Below are positions 37,814-47,317 of a stretch of 64,000 nt of DNA, piece after piece (position 1 is the first letter of the stretch; every line of letters begins with the position of its first letter). The position numbers and the translations under genes were made by a program. Location of the stretch: positions 2,496,001 through 2,560,000 of the forward strand of contig OZ245742.1 in the NCBI GenBank assembly GCA_965227295.1, written 5' to 3'. This DNA comes from Leptonemataceae bacterium (lineage in GTDB: Bacteria; Spirochaetota; Leptospiria; Leptospirales; Leptonemataceae). Below the pieces are notes generated by a model. That model had not been told where the DNA came from and searched no databases. It was given only the letters and a program-made list of their open reading frames with translations.

Positions 37814-37860
37814 TATACGGTATCGTATAATTCTGACACAAGTTATACGATGCCGTATAA
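37814..37860. promoter_or_regulatory. two palindromic operators (likely TetR sites)
   Basis: TATACG-GTAT-CGTATA (37814-29) and TTATACG-ATGC-CGTATAA (37843-60), just before the AAGGAGG RBS of a TetR-containing operon. Confidence 0.75.
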
Positions 37861-37871
37861 AAGGAGGTCGA

Positions 37872-38396
37872 ATGCTGCTCGATCACTACTGTCCGGAGTA
37901 CGATTATAACGAGGTGCATGCCGGCCGGTTGCCGGGCACTCCGGCGGAGAACTACGCCCTCGTACGACGCCTGGACTTCAGTTCGTCCTGGATCATTCGC
38001 ATGCTCTTTTTTCTGCGCGGCCTCGACGCGAGCGCCCTCAGTCTGGATGCCATGCTGGCCGGAGACGAGTTCGGCATGTTGCAGGAAGATCCCCCGCACG
38101 AGTACGTCGTCGGCGGCCTGGTGAGCCCCCGGCTCAAGGCCGTGGCAATCACTTCGACCGAACACTTCCTGGAGTTTCAGGAGCCCGAGGCCATGAAGCT
38201 CGCCTGGAACTTTATCCTGAAGCCCGGCGACGGCGACACCGTGGTTACGACGGAAACCCGGGTGCTCTGTCTCGGCAGTAAGATGAAACGCAAGTTTGCC
38301 GTGTATTGGTTTTTCATTCGCCCGTTCAGCGGTCTGGTGCGTCTGGAGATGTTGCGCGGCCTGCGCCGGGAGTCCCGGCACCGGACAACGACATGA
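37872..38396 (+). CDS. DUF2867-like protein
   Basis: AAGGAGG RBS; YDYNEVH..LFFLRG..TTETRV..FAVYWFFIRPFSGLVR. Confidence 0.75.
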   Translation: MLLDHYCPEYDYNEVHAGRLPGTPAENYALVRRLDFSSSWIIRMLFFLRGLDASALSLDAMLAGDEFGMLQEDPPHEYVVGGLVSPRLKAVAITSTEHFLEFQEPEAMKLAWNFILKPGDGDTVVTTETRVLCLGSKMKRKFAVYWFFIRPFSGLVRLEMLRGLRRESRHRTTT

Positions 38397-39007
38397 AAGA
38401 TCGCAAGAACGTCAGCGTCGAAGATTGGTTGTACGCCGGCTTACTGGCGTTTGCCGAAGGCGGTGAGGCCGGCGTGCGCGTGGAAAGAATCGCGCAGAGC
38501 CTGGGGGTCAGCAAGGGCAGTTACTATTACTACTTCTCGTCGCGGCAGGAATACCTTGAGCGCATGCTGGACTATTCTCTGCAAATCGGTACCCAGGACT
38601 TCATTGATCGGGCGTCCGGGGCCGGCGACCCTGTGGAGCGTCTGCGTGTGCTGACGCTCGCAGTCTTTCAGGATCGCCGCGAGCGGGACTTCGATTTTCA
38701 TCTACGTGATTATGCCCGCCGCAGCGAATTCGCCGCGCGTATCGTGAAGCGCACCGATCGGCAGCGCATCGAATTTGTACGGAACCTTTTGATCGAAGCC
38801 GACGTGGTGCCCGGAGAAGCGCTCTTGCGTGCGGAGATTTACTATAATTATTATCTGGGATGGTACCAACGACGCAAGGACGTGCAGCCGGGACGCCGGG
38901 AACTGCGAGCGCAGTTGGAGATCGTTGCCCGCATTGCGGGCGTGGACCTGACCGGCGCTCCGGACCCGGCGCGGCGAACCGCGGCACGCGGTCTCCAAAA
39001 GAATTGA
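38393..39007 (+). CDS. TetR/AcrR family transcriptional regulator
   Basis: HTH motif VRVERIAQSLGVSKGSYYYYFSSR. ATGA overlap with the upstream gene. Confidence 0.93.
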   Translation: MKDRKNVSVEDWLYAGLLAFAEGGEAGVRVERIAQSLGVSKGSYYYYFSSRQEYLERMLDYSLQIGTQDFIDRASGAGDPVERLRVLTLAVFQDRRERDFDFHLRDYARRSEFAARIVKRTDRQRIEFVRNLLIEADVVPGEALLRAEIYYNYYLGWYQRRKDVQPGRRELRAQLEIVARIAGVDLTGAPDPARRTAARGLQKN

Positions 39008-39080
39008 CATACACCGTGCGATCCACTTCCGGCCGGCGGATCGGGTTGACAGAGAGCCTTCGTCGCCGTTCCCTGTCACC

Positions 39081-39944
39081 ATGTCTGACGTAACCATCGG
39101 TGTAATCGGCGGCTCCGGATTGTACGATCTGGACGGCCTCGAAGTCAAAGACGAGGTGTTCCCGGAAACTCCCTGGGGCAAACCCTCGGACTCCATCGTC
39201 ATCGGCGAGTTCGGCGGCAAGCGCCTGGCCTTTCTGCCCCGCCACGGTCGCGGTCACTTTTTGCCGCCGCACCAGGTTCCCTGGCAGGCAAACATCGCTG
39301 CCCTCAAAATGCTCGGCGTCGAAGAGATCGTCGCCTTCTCCGCCGTGGGTTCGTTGCGCGAAGAGCTGCCGCCCCGGGACTTCATCCTGCCAAATCAAAT
39401 CATCGACCGCACCAAAGGCATTCGCCCGTCGACGTACTATGAAGACGGCATCGTCGTGCACGCCACGTTCGGCGATCCCTTCAGCGACTATCTGCGCGAC
39501 ATCATCTGGGCCAAACGCGACGCCCTGGAGAACGCCACCATGCATCGAGACAAAACGCTCATCTGCATGGAGGGCCCGGCCTTCTCCACTCGTGCCGAGT
39601 CGAACATGTACCGCCAGCTCGGCGGCGACATCATCAACATGAGTTCCATTCCCGAATCGAAGCTGGCCATGGAACTGGAAATCAGCTATCAAATGGTCTG
39701 CATGTCCACGGACTACGACTCCTGGAAGATTGAAGAAGAAGCCGTGACCGCCGAGGAGATCATCCGTGTGCTGGGAGACAACTCCGCCAACGGAAAGAAG
39801 CTGCTCGCCGCGATCATTCCCGACCTCGGCACGCAGTCGAACCCGCGCAAGGGCAGCGTGAAAAACGCGGTCATCACCGCCCCGGACAAACGTAATCCCG
39901 AGACGGTCAAGAAACTCAATCAGGTCCTGCCCGGTTACTTCTAA
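39081..39944 (+). CDS. mtnP: S-methyl-5'-thioadenosine phosphorylase
   Basis: IGVIGGSGLY, FLPRHGRGH, AVGSLRE, CMEGPAFSTRAES, STDYDSW. Confidence 0.95.
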   Translation: MSDVTIGVIGGSGLYDLDGLEVKDEVFPETPWGKPSDSIVIGEFGGKRLAFLPRHGRGHFLPPHQVPWQANIAALKMLGVEEIVAFSAVGSLREELPPRDFILPNQIIDRTKGIRPSTYYEDGIVVHATFGDPFSDYLRDIIWAKRDALENATMHRDKTLICMEGPAFSTRAESNMYRQLGGDIINMSSIPESKLAMELEISYQMVCMSTDYDSWKIEEEAVTAEEIIRVLGDNSANGKKLLAAIIPDLGTQSNPRKGSVKNAVITAPDKRNPETVKKLNQVLPGYF

Positions 39945-39945
39945 C

Positions 39946-40857
39946 ATGCCCGGCGCCGCTCGCACTACCCTATGCGTGCTAATTGTTAGTGCGCTTGTGT
40001 TAACGGCGCCGGCGTCGCTGCGTTCCCAGGCCTTTTTGCTGCAACCCGGCTCCGGGGCGGGGCTGCAGGGCGAAAAGTTCCCGAGTCCCCGGGACCCGTC
40101 CTACGTCGCGCCGGTCCTGCCCCAGGGCGTGCGCGAGGACGCCGGTGATTCCCTGGAAGACCCGGCGTTGCTGCTCGCCACCGGCGGCCTCGAAGGCGGC
40201 GGCGGGGATCTGCTGTCCGTCTTCACCGAGCGTCGTCGGCGCCAGCAGGAAGCCGCGCGCCGCAACGACCGCTACGGAGAACAGCGCGCCCTCGACCTGG
40301 AAGAGGCGGGCCAGGAACGCGTACTGGCCGAGCAGTCGGTGCTCAATCAATTCGGCGATCGTGGTTTCCCGCGGGGCCTCGGTTCTCCGCCGCAGTACAC
40401 CGAAACGCCGGCCCGTCGCTTTGGAATCATCTGGGGTCTTTCCATGCCCATTACCACCGGCTTCGCCGCCGCTCTCTACGAACTTGCCGGGCCCGGCATC
40501 CGTACCAACGGCGCGCCGGACTACGCGGCCCTGGGCGGCGTCTTCGCCGGCGGTGCCCTGCTGGCTGCTTTCATTGCGTACTACGATTACGATGAGATGC
40601 AGCAGCTCTACGCGCATCGCCAGGCCCACGCCGCGCACCGCCGTTATTTAATGAGCCGGGACGGGCCGCGCGGCGCCAAGGGCGCCCTGGGGGGCGACAA
40701 CAACGTCTCGTACCTGGAACGCGCGGAACGCCCGCACGCGAGCCTGGATGCAAGCGTCATCTTGAAGCAGTACTCAGCCGCTAACTTCCCCACCGTAGAT
40801 GTTAATCGAGGGCGAGACGAACACCGGGCCGCCCTCGGCTGGAGCTTTCGCTTTTGA
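39946..40857 (+). CDS. hypothetical secreted or membrane protein
   Basis: Signal peptide, two hydrophobic helices, operonic spacing. Confidence 0.65.
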   Translation: MPGAARTTLCVLIVSALVLTAPASLRSQAFLLQPGSGAGLQGEKFPSPRDPSYVAPVLPQGVREDAGDSLEDPALLLATGGLEGGGGDLLSVFTERRRRQQEAARRNDRYGEQRALDLEEAGQERVLAEQSVLNQFGDRGFPRGLGSPPQYTETPARRFGIIWGLSMPITTGFAAALYELAGPGIRTNGAPDYAALGGVFAGGALLAAFIAYYDYDEMQQLYAHRQAHAAHRRYLMSRDGPRGAKGALGGDNNVSYLERAERPHASLDASVILKQYSAANFPTVDVNRGRDEHRAALGWSFRF

Positions 40858-41834
40858 TGCGTTTGTTTCGTTGCGCGGTACTGTTGGTGTTGGTGGGCAC
40901 GGCCTGCGGCCGGGCGGATGACGCAGCGATTCCCGTCGGTGATCTGGGGCCCATGCGCGTTCTGGCCTATAACGTGCAGTGTCCGTTCTGCAATTACGAT
41001 TTCATCTGGCCGTTTCGCTTACAGGAAATGGCGGTTTCGTTTTTCTTTCACCAGCCCGATCTCGTCGCCGCGCAGGAGTTGATCACCGACTACGACGCCG
41101 CGCATTTTCAGGACGCCCTGGGCTGGAATCGCGAAACCGGCGAACGTTATTTCGCCCGGATCTGCCGCGCGCACTGCGACAGTGCCATCTTTTATCGGAA
41201 GAGCAAGTATCGCGAGCTGGAGCGCGGCAGTGTGTGGCTCACGAACTGGCCGCCGCGGAAAATTCTCTGGGCCCGCCTGGAACAAAAGTCCAACGGCGCG
41301 CAGTTTATCTTCGCCAGTACGCACTTCGACAACCATCAACCGAATCAGGAACGCAGCGCCCGCCTCGCCGCGGCATGGGCCTTCGAGTGGCTGAACCGCG
41401 GTGTGCCGGTCATACTGGCCGGCGACTTCAACTCGTCGTTGTCCGGCCGCGCCACGGTCAAGGACGGTACCAGGGCCGCGTCCGCCGCCGGTTTCGCGCT
41501 GCTCGCCGGCACCTTCACGAACGCCTACGAACTTTCACCACGCTGCGAGATTCACACGAACCACACGGATCCCGCGACGAACGTCTTTCGATTTGAAGAG
41601 GCCATCGATCACATCTGGTTGCTTTCGCCGCACGGCGGAATACGGGACGCCGGCTGGAGCGTCGACAACTGGCTCGTCAACTATCGCTGGTTCCGCCATC
41701 CGCACGCCCCGCGGGTCTGGTATCCCTCGGATCACTGGCCGATCATGGCCGAACTGAGCTGGAGCGCGGACGATCGAAAAGCAACGCCGGCGGTTGCTAA
41801 GAGTGATTGCGTAATTGTTAAGACGGAGTTGTAA
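40857..41834 (+). CDS. endonuclease/exonuclease/phosphatase family lipoprotein
   Basis: YNV, AQE, THFD, ILAGDFN, IDHI, PSDHWP motifs. Lipobox-like GTAC. Confidence 0.9.
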   Translation: MRLFRCAVLLVLVGTACGRADDAAIPVGDLGPMRVLAYNVQCPFCNYDFIWPFRLQEMAVSFFFHQPDLVAAQELITDYDAAHFQDALGWNRETGERYFARICRAHCDSAIFYRKSKYRELERGSVWLTNWPPRKILWARLEQKSNGAQFIFASTHFDNHQPNQERSARLAAAWAFEWLNRGVPVILAGDFNSSLSGRATVKDGTRAASAAGFALLAGTFTNAYELSPRCEIHTNHTDPATNVFRFEEAIDHIWLLSPHGGIRDAGWSVDNWLVNYRWFRHPHAPRVWYPSDHWPIMAELSWSADDRKATPAVAKSDCVIVKTEL

Positions 41835-41958
41835 TTCGGAATTCTTCGCGCCACCGAGTGCGAAGCACGGAGGGGAACGCGCATACAAGCATTACTTTCC
41901 TATAAGTTAACGTTGCGTTTTTTGGCCTGGAATCATGGCAGAATTAAAGCGAGACTTT

Positions 41959-42078
41959 TTGGGCGCCTCGCCGCCTTCGGCGGCGACCGGGCTTTCCAGG
42001 GCTCCGCGCTACGCGCTTCGGTCCTCCGCTACGCTCCGGACTCGCGGCTGCGCCGCGACCCTTCCAATCCCTGGCGCG
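41959..42078. repeat. structured intergenic repeat, family 1, copy B (inverted relative to copy A)
   Basis: The reverse complement aligns colinearly with 5996-6125. Related hairpin fragments lie at 41859-41882 and 42145-42232. Confidence 0.7.
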
Positions 42079-42239
42079 AAGAGATGCAAATTCGCGGGTA
42101 TCACTGTTTGATAGCGACATCGTCTCCCGCGACTTTTTGGTCAGCCCCCGCAGCGAAGGATCCCGGAGCGCGAAGCGCGGAGGGGAACATCACTCCGGCT
42201 TCGCCTGCGGTCCTCCGCTTCGCTCCGGGAGCAGTTTTG

Positions 42240-42647
42240 TCACGTCGATTCCTCCGCATCCTCCCCGAACGAAAGCAAATGCCCGTCCGGATCGCGCAGG
42301 CTGAACTCCAGCATTCCGTAGAACGTCGTCTCCAATGGCGTAACATCACATCCGCGTGACTTAAGCGAGGCGTGTAGAGCACGGACATCTTCCGGATAAA
42401 AGTAATAGATCGCGGAAAAATCGTGTTTGTCCCCGCCGGGGAGCGTGTGCGGGAGGGCCGGCCCCGCTTCGGTGCCCGCGAGCATGAGTAGCACCGGGCC
42501 CGCGCGGAGTTGGGCCCAGTTCCATTCGCGGATGGTGTCGGCTTCCGTGAGGACTTCGAAGCCCAGGGCGTCGCGATAAAAGGCGAGGCTGCGCCGGACA
42601 TCCTGCACGGCGATCATGGGAATCATGTTGCGGTAGGCTACGGTCAT
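42240..42647 (-). CDS. VOC/glyoxalase-bleomycin resistance family protein
   Basis: VQDVRRSLAFYRDALGF; TFYGMLEFSLRDPDGHLLSF. Confidence 0.92.
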   Translation of the reverse strand: MTVAYRNMIPMIAVQDVRRSLAFYRDALGFEVLTEADTIREWNWAQLRAGPVLLMLAGTEAGPALPHTLPGGDKHDFSAIYYFYPEDVRALHASLKSRGCDVTPLETTFYGMLEFSLRDPDGHLLSFGEDAEEST

Positions 42648-42735
42648 GGCTCAGGCTGTGCTGCGGATTCGCGCCGTCCAGTACTTGCGGCATTTTGCTT
42701 GACCCGGCCGTCCCCGGCAGGGCCCCTGAAGAACG

Positions 42736-43236
42736 ATGGCGAGCAAACGCAAGAAGACCGGCAAGTCCACCGGTTCGAAAAAGAAAAAGTCTTCCACAAA
42801 GTCCCGGTCGTCGAAGTCCGGCGGATCGTCCCGGCCCCGGCCCCCGTCCCAGGCCGTGCGGGCCGCCCTGAAGGACGAAGGGATCGACGACATCACCCTG
42901 CTCAATGTCCACAAGTACCCGGAGTCCGTACCGTCCTCCGTCGTTTCCTTCGTGCGCAACGACCGCAATTCCCAGCGCCGGCTGGAGGAATTGATCAAGG
43001 GCCTGCCGGGCGGCAAGCGCGGCCAGAGCAGCTTCAATCAATTGTTCCAGCAAAAGATGGATGAGAACCCGGCACCGCCGCCGTCCACCCGCCGTTCCGG
43101 CGATGAAGAAGGCGACGAGAGTCAGGAGGAGGCCCCGGCCTCCGGCGGCGGCGACATCCAGCCCGCCGAGTATCGTCCCCGGGCCGGCGGGGAGTCCGGC
43201 GGCGTCGGCGGATTTTTACGGAAACTCTTTTCGTGA
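42736..43236 (+). CDS. hypothetical low-complexity protein
   Basis: Lys/Ser-rich N-terminus. GTGA overlap with hom. Confidence 0.65.
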   Translation: MASKRKKTGKSTGSKKKKSSTKSRSSKSGGSSRPRPPSQAVRAALKDEGIDDITLLNVHKYPESVPSSVVSFVRNDRNSQRRLEELIKGLPGGKRGQSSFNQLFQQKMDENPAPPPSTRRSGDEEGDESQEEAPASGGGDIQPAEYRPRAGGESGGVGGFLRKLFS

Positions 43237-44537
43237 AACCACTGGGCATCGGCATCCTCGGCCTCGGCACCGTCGGTCGCGGTCTGCTGCAAATCCTGCG
43301 CGAACAGGCGACGCTTCTGCGTTCTCGTTCGGGTCTTGAAATGCAGGTGCGTCACGTCTTCGATCGTTCCTGGCAGAAGAAGCTGGAGATCCTGGGCGAC
43401 ACCCCGGCCTCGGACAATCTCGAAGAAGTCCTGCGCCATCCGGACATCGACGTCGTCGTCGAACTCATCGGCGGCATCGAGCCGGCCTACGATTACGTAC
43501 GCGAGGCGTTACGTCGCGGCAAACACGTGGTGACCGCGAACAAGGCGTTGCTCGCGCGCCACGGTAACGAACTCTTTCAACTTGCATACGAACAAAAGCT
43601 GAACATCGGCTTCGAGGCGGCCGTGGCCGGAGCATTGCCGGTCATTCGTAACATGCGCCGATCTTTCATTACGGATAATGTCAGCACCATCGTCGGCATT
43701 CTCAACGGCACGAGTAATTTCATTCTCACGCGCATGATGGACGACGACATGGATTACGACGAGGCCCTGGCGCTCGCCCAGGAACGCGGCTTCGCCGAGG
43801 CGGATCCCACGTTCGATGTCGGCGGATACGACGCCGCGCAGAAGCTCGCGATCCTCGCGGCCCTGGCCTTCGATACTTCGATCTCCGAGGACGCGGTGGT
43901 GGTCGAGGGCATCGATCGCATTCGCCACATCGATCTCGACTTCGCCGCGGGATTGCGGCGCGTGGTGCGCCCGCTGTCCATCGCGAAACGTGACCCGGAC
44001 GGTCGCATCTCCCTGCGCGTGCATCCCGGAATGATTCCCGGAGACCATCCGCTTGCGACCATCGACGAAGAACGCAACGCCGTATTGATGGAGACGTCCA
44101 ACAGCGGACCCTCGTTGATCATGGGGCTGGGTGCCGGCGCGCGGCCGACGGCGGCGGCGGTGATCAGCGACCTGGTTTTTCTGGGCGGTTGTCATCCCGA
44201 GCATTCGCAGATCTGGTTATCCGGTTCCGAACCTCCGCAATTGGTTACGGAGTACGAGTATCGGTTTTATCTGCGCTTCGAAACGGAAGATCGTCCCGGC
44301 GTGCTGGCGGAGATTGCCGGCATCCTGGCGAAAGAGGATATCTCGATCGCCCAGGTGCATCAGAACGAAGCGGCGGAGCCGGCGAACATCGTCGTGGTCA
44401 CTCACTCCGCGGATGAGGCGGCGTTGTTTCGCGCCCTCGATACGATCAACGATCTCAGCTCGGTGCTGGCCCCGGCGACGTTCATTCGCATGAAAGAAGA
44501 TTTTCAGGAAGACTTCGAGGAAGATTGGAGCCCCTGA
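43233..44537 (+). CDS. hom: homoserine dehydrogenase with ACT domain
   Basis: GLGTVG, HVVTANKA, FEAAVAG, GILNGT, GFAEADP, GAGA.PTA, DRPGVLA. Confidence 0.96.
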   Translation: MKPLGIGILGLGTVGRGLLQILREQATLLRSRSGLEMQVRHVFDRSWQKKLEILGDTPASDNLEEVLRHPDIDVVVELIGGIEPAYDYVREALRRGKHVVTANKALLARHGNELFQLAYEQKLNIGFEAAVAGALPVIRNMRRSFITDNVSTIVGILNGTSNFILTRMMDDDMDYDEALALAQERGFAEADPTFDVGGYDAAQKLAILAALAFDTSISEDAVVVEGIDRIRHIDLDFAAGLRRVVRPLSIAKRDPDGRISLRVHPGMIPGDHPLATIDEERNAVLMETSNSGPSLIMGLGAGARPTAAAVISDLVFLGGCHPEHSQIWLSGSEPPQLVTEYEYRFYLRFETEDRPGVLAEIAGILAKEDISIAQVHQNEAAEPANIVVVTHSADEAALFRALDTINDLSSVLAPATFIRMKEDFQEDFEEDWSP

Positions 44538-44905
44538 GCTTTCGCATTGTGCGCCATGACCTTCCGGACGGGTCCGCACACTTTGACGTCTTTCTGCTGA
44601 CGCCGGAAGATCCGCTGCCCACCCTGGAGCTGGCGGATGCGCCGCAACTCCGGAAACTCCTGGCCGACGGTGGGGCAGACGTCGGCGGGCCCTGGGTTGC
44701 CCGCGCCGTGGTGGGGGGCGACGCGGGTTTTTCCGCGGTCCGTAAGGCCGACCACCGGGGCATCTACCGGGAGTACCAGGGGCCGATTTCCGGCGGTCGC
44801 GGCGAAATACGCGAGGTCGGCCGGGGACGCTGGGAGGCGGCGGTTCCGGAAAATCCCGGCGACAGCGTGTGGATTTCCCTTGAATCGTTGCCTGGGATTG
44901 GCTAA
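44525..44905 (+). CDS. stand-alone LigD 3'-phosphoesterase-like domain protein
   Basis: H...HFD..L and DHR..Y..YQGPISGGRG.I....RG.W pattern. Start codon uncertain. Confidence 0.6.
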   Translation: MEPLSFRIVRHDLPDGSAHFDVFLLTPEDPLPTLELADAPQLRKLLADGGADVGGPWVARAVVGGDAGFSAVRKADHRGIYREYQGPISGGRGEIREVGRGRWEAAVPENPGDSVWISLESLPGIG

Positions 44906-45010
44906 TTTTGGCGCGTGGTGCGCTTTTTTTATGGTGGAAGGGCCCGGATTCGATAAAATTCGACAGCCGACGTATAATTCTTTCGTCCTATTTTCTCAGC
45001 AGGTGATGGG

Positions 45011-45469
45011 ATGGGACTTCAATCAACCGCCGAAACCGGGGCGTCACGGCCGCCTCTGAATTCTCTGATGCGCGAAGCAGAATCGTTCTGGAACGGAGAC
45101 AGTCCGGGCAACCTGGTGTTCCCCGACTTGCAGCTCGCCTTCGAAAAGGGCGAGGGCGCCGCGAAGCCATGTCTTGTCGTGCACTTCATCGGCAAGATCA
45201 GCAACAGCAACTCCTACGAACTCAACCGCAAAACCCACGTATTCTTTGAACACCAGTATCCCATGATCTTCGACCTCTCGCGCCTCGAGTACATCAACTC
45301 CAGCGGCGTGGCGATCCTCTTCTCCGTCTTCTTTCGTTCGCAACAGAACGGCCACCGCCTCATCATCGGCGGTGTTCATCCCTTCCTCAAACGCGTGTTT
45401 AACTTAATGGATCTGCCGGACGGCCTCGTTGTGCTTGACAGCCTTGCCGAAGCCAGGGCCACGATCTAA
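45011..45469 (+). CDS. STAS domain anti-sigma factor antagonist
   Basis: FDLSRLEYINSSGVAIL; VFNLMDL. Confidence 0.88.
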   Translation: MGLQSTAETGASRPPLNSLMREAESFWNGDSPGNLVFPDLQLAFEKGEGAAKPCLVVHFIGKISNSNSYELNRKTHVFFEHQYPMIFDLSRLEYINSSGVAILFSVFFRSQQNGHRLIIGGVHPFLKRVFNLMDLPDGLVVLDSLAEARATI

Positions 45470-45495
45470 TCCGGCAAATTCGCCCCGGATTGTCC

Positions 45496-46605
45496 ATGCC
45501 CGTTCCCTTTATTGATCTCAAACGTCTCGAAGACGGCTTCCTCGATCGCTGGATGGAGAAGCTGCGAACCATGTCCGAAAACACCGCCTTCATCGGCGGC
45601 CCCGAAGTCGCACAGCTCGAAGACACTCTGAAAAACGAAAACAACGTCGCTCACGCGATCAGTTGCGCCAACGGCACCGACGCCCTGCAACTGGCTCTCC
45701 GTGCCGCAGGTGTCGGCCGGGGGGATACGGTCCTCCTGCCGGACTTCACGTTCTGGGCCACCTTCGAAGCCGTGGTCAACGTCGGCGCGGACCCCGTTAC
45801 CGTGGACATCGATCCCGCGGAAGTACACCTGGACTTCGATCTCTTCGCGCAGGCCATCGATGAGTACAAACCTAAAGCTGCGATGATCGTACATTTGTAC
45901 GGCTGGGGCCACTCGCGCCTCCAGGACTTCCGCACGCTCTGTAAGGATCGTGGTGTGGTTCTGATCGAAGACGGCGCCCAGGCTTACGGCGTTTCGTACC
46001 GCGGCGAGTCCATCTACAAAGACGCCGACATTTCCACGATCTCGTTCTATCCCGCGAAGGTCTTCGGAGCCGCGGGCGACGCGGGCGCGGTCCTCACGAA
46101 CAACGACGAGTACGCGAAGCGGGTGCGCAGCATGGCCAACCACGGCCGCAGCGAACACTACAGCTACGGCTACGTCGGCTGGAACTCGCGCATGGATTCA
46201 TTCCAGGCGGCGTACCTGAACCTGTCACACGAGTTTCTGGCGCAGCGTCTCGACAGCCGGCGCAAGTCGCAGCAGTACTATCGCGAACGTTTTAAGGACA
46301 GCGGGCTGCGCTGCATCGCCCCGCACTCCGACTACGTAGAGAACGGTTACCTGAACTTAATGCTCTACGATCCCGCGGAGCGCGAGCGCGTGGCCGCCGT
46401 GCTGAAAGAAAAAGGCATCGGCTTTGCGATGGTTTATCCGGGCGCCATGTCGAAGCAGGACGGAGCACAGGGAGAATTCAAAGCGGCCGTCGGCGGCGAA
46501 CACGCCGATCACGCGGCGAAGTCGGTTTTGAACTTGCCACTGTTTCCGTACATGAGCCAGGCCGAGCTGGACGAGGTCGTGGATGTCGTGTTATCGGTGA
46601 AGTGA
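45496..46605 (+). CDS. DegT/DnrJ/EryC1/StrS family aminotransferase
   Basis: VPFIDLK, NGTDALQLAL, IEDGAQA, SFYPAKVFGAAGDAG, NSRMD. Confidence 0.95.
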   Translation: MPVPFIDLKRLEDGFLDRWMEKLRTMSENTAFIGGPEVAQLEDTLKNENNVAHAISCANGTDALQLALRAAGVGRGDTVLLPDFTFWATFEAVVNVGADPVTVDIDPAEVHLDFDLFAQAIDEYKPKAAMIVHLYGWGHSRLQDFRTLCKDRGVVLIEDGAQAYGVSYRGESIYKDADISTISFYPAKVFGAAGDAGAVLTNNDEYAKRVRSMANHGRSEHYSYGYVGWNSRMDSFQAAYLNLSHEFLAQRLDSRRKSQQYYRERFKDSGLRCIAPHSDYVENGYLNLMLYDPAERERVAAVLKEKGIGFAMVYPGAMSKQDGAQGEFKAAVGGEHADHAAKSVLNLPLFPYMSQAELDEVVDVVLSVK

Positions 46606-46617
46606 CTGAAGTATTTT

Positions 46618-46760
46618 TTGCCACAGAGTCACAGAGAGCACAGAGGGAAGGATTGGCGGATAGGATAGATTTGCAGTGATAGCCCCCTTGCAATTTGCGA
46701 ACTCGATGGTAGTATCTCTCATCTAAACAAAACTCTGTGTTCTCTGTGACTCTGTGGCAA
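46618..46760. repeat. CACAGAG-type inverted-repeat element, family 2, copy A
   Basis: TTGCCACAGAGTCACAGAGAGCACAGAG ... CTCTGTGTTCTCTGTGACTCTGTGGCAA (27/28 complementary). Confidence 0.85.
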
Positions 46761-46783
46761 AGAGAGCAGAAGGAAATATTTAC

Positions 46784-47140
46784 ATGCAAAACGTCACTTA
46801 CGCCCTGTTCGCATTCGCCTTCGCCGCTGCGGCGTTGATCGCCTGCGGTACGGGCATGACCGTGGAAGACCTTTCGAACATCAACGAGGACTCCCTGGAC
46901 TCGATCCCTTACCTCGACTCCATCAGCGAGAACTCCACCGAGCCCCTGGCCGACGGCTGCCTGGGTGTAAAGAAGGACGTCGTCGATCGTTTCCCGAAGA
47001 ACCAGCAGGGTGCGAAGGCCGTTTCGAAGATTTGCAGTCACGTGAACCGCAAGCCCTGCAATTCCGAGGATGAGTGCATTGAACGCTGCAAGGCCGCGTG
47101 CAAAGAAGACGCCCTGGCCAAAGCCCTGAGCGGCGGCTGA
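46784..47140 (+). CDS. small Cys-rich lipoprotein
   Basis: Lipobox LIAC and further Cys residues. Confidence 0.8.
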   Translation: MQNVTYALFAFAFAAAALIACGTGMTVEDLSNINEDSLDSIPYLDSISENSTEPLADGCLGVKKDVVDRFPKNQQGAKAVSKICSHVNRKPCNSEDECIERCKAACKEDALAKALSGG

Positions 47141-47317
47141 TCGGTGTCGTTCTCTGGATGTGTAAACCGAATCCATCTCGCCGCGCTTCGTGTAAGCATG
47201 TGAACATAGCGCGGAAACGCGGCGTCTATCGTCGTCGACTGCGCGAGCCTCGCTTGACGTAACTGTTCCCCTGAACGCTCAATTGTTGCAATTGAACGTA
47301 TTTTGAGGGAAGCCGTC

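Noticed and set aside
38601..39965. Long antisense ORFs (e.g. 454 aa here, 29147-30310, 31169-32149, 54380-55348)
   Set aside because: They are shadows of well-supported genes on the opposite strand, as expected in GC-rich DNA.
41913..42359. 148-aa ORF over the repeat cluster
   Set aside because: It translates palindromic repeats and overlaps the VOC gene on the opposite strand.
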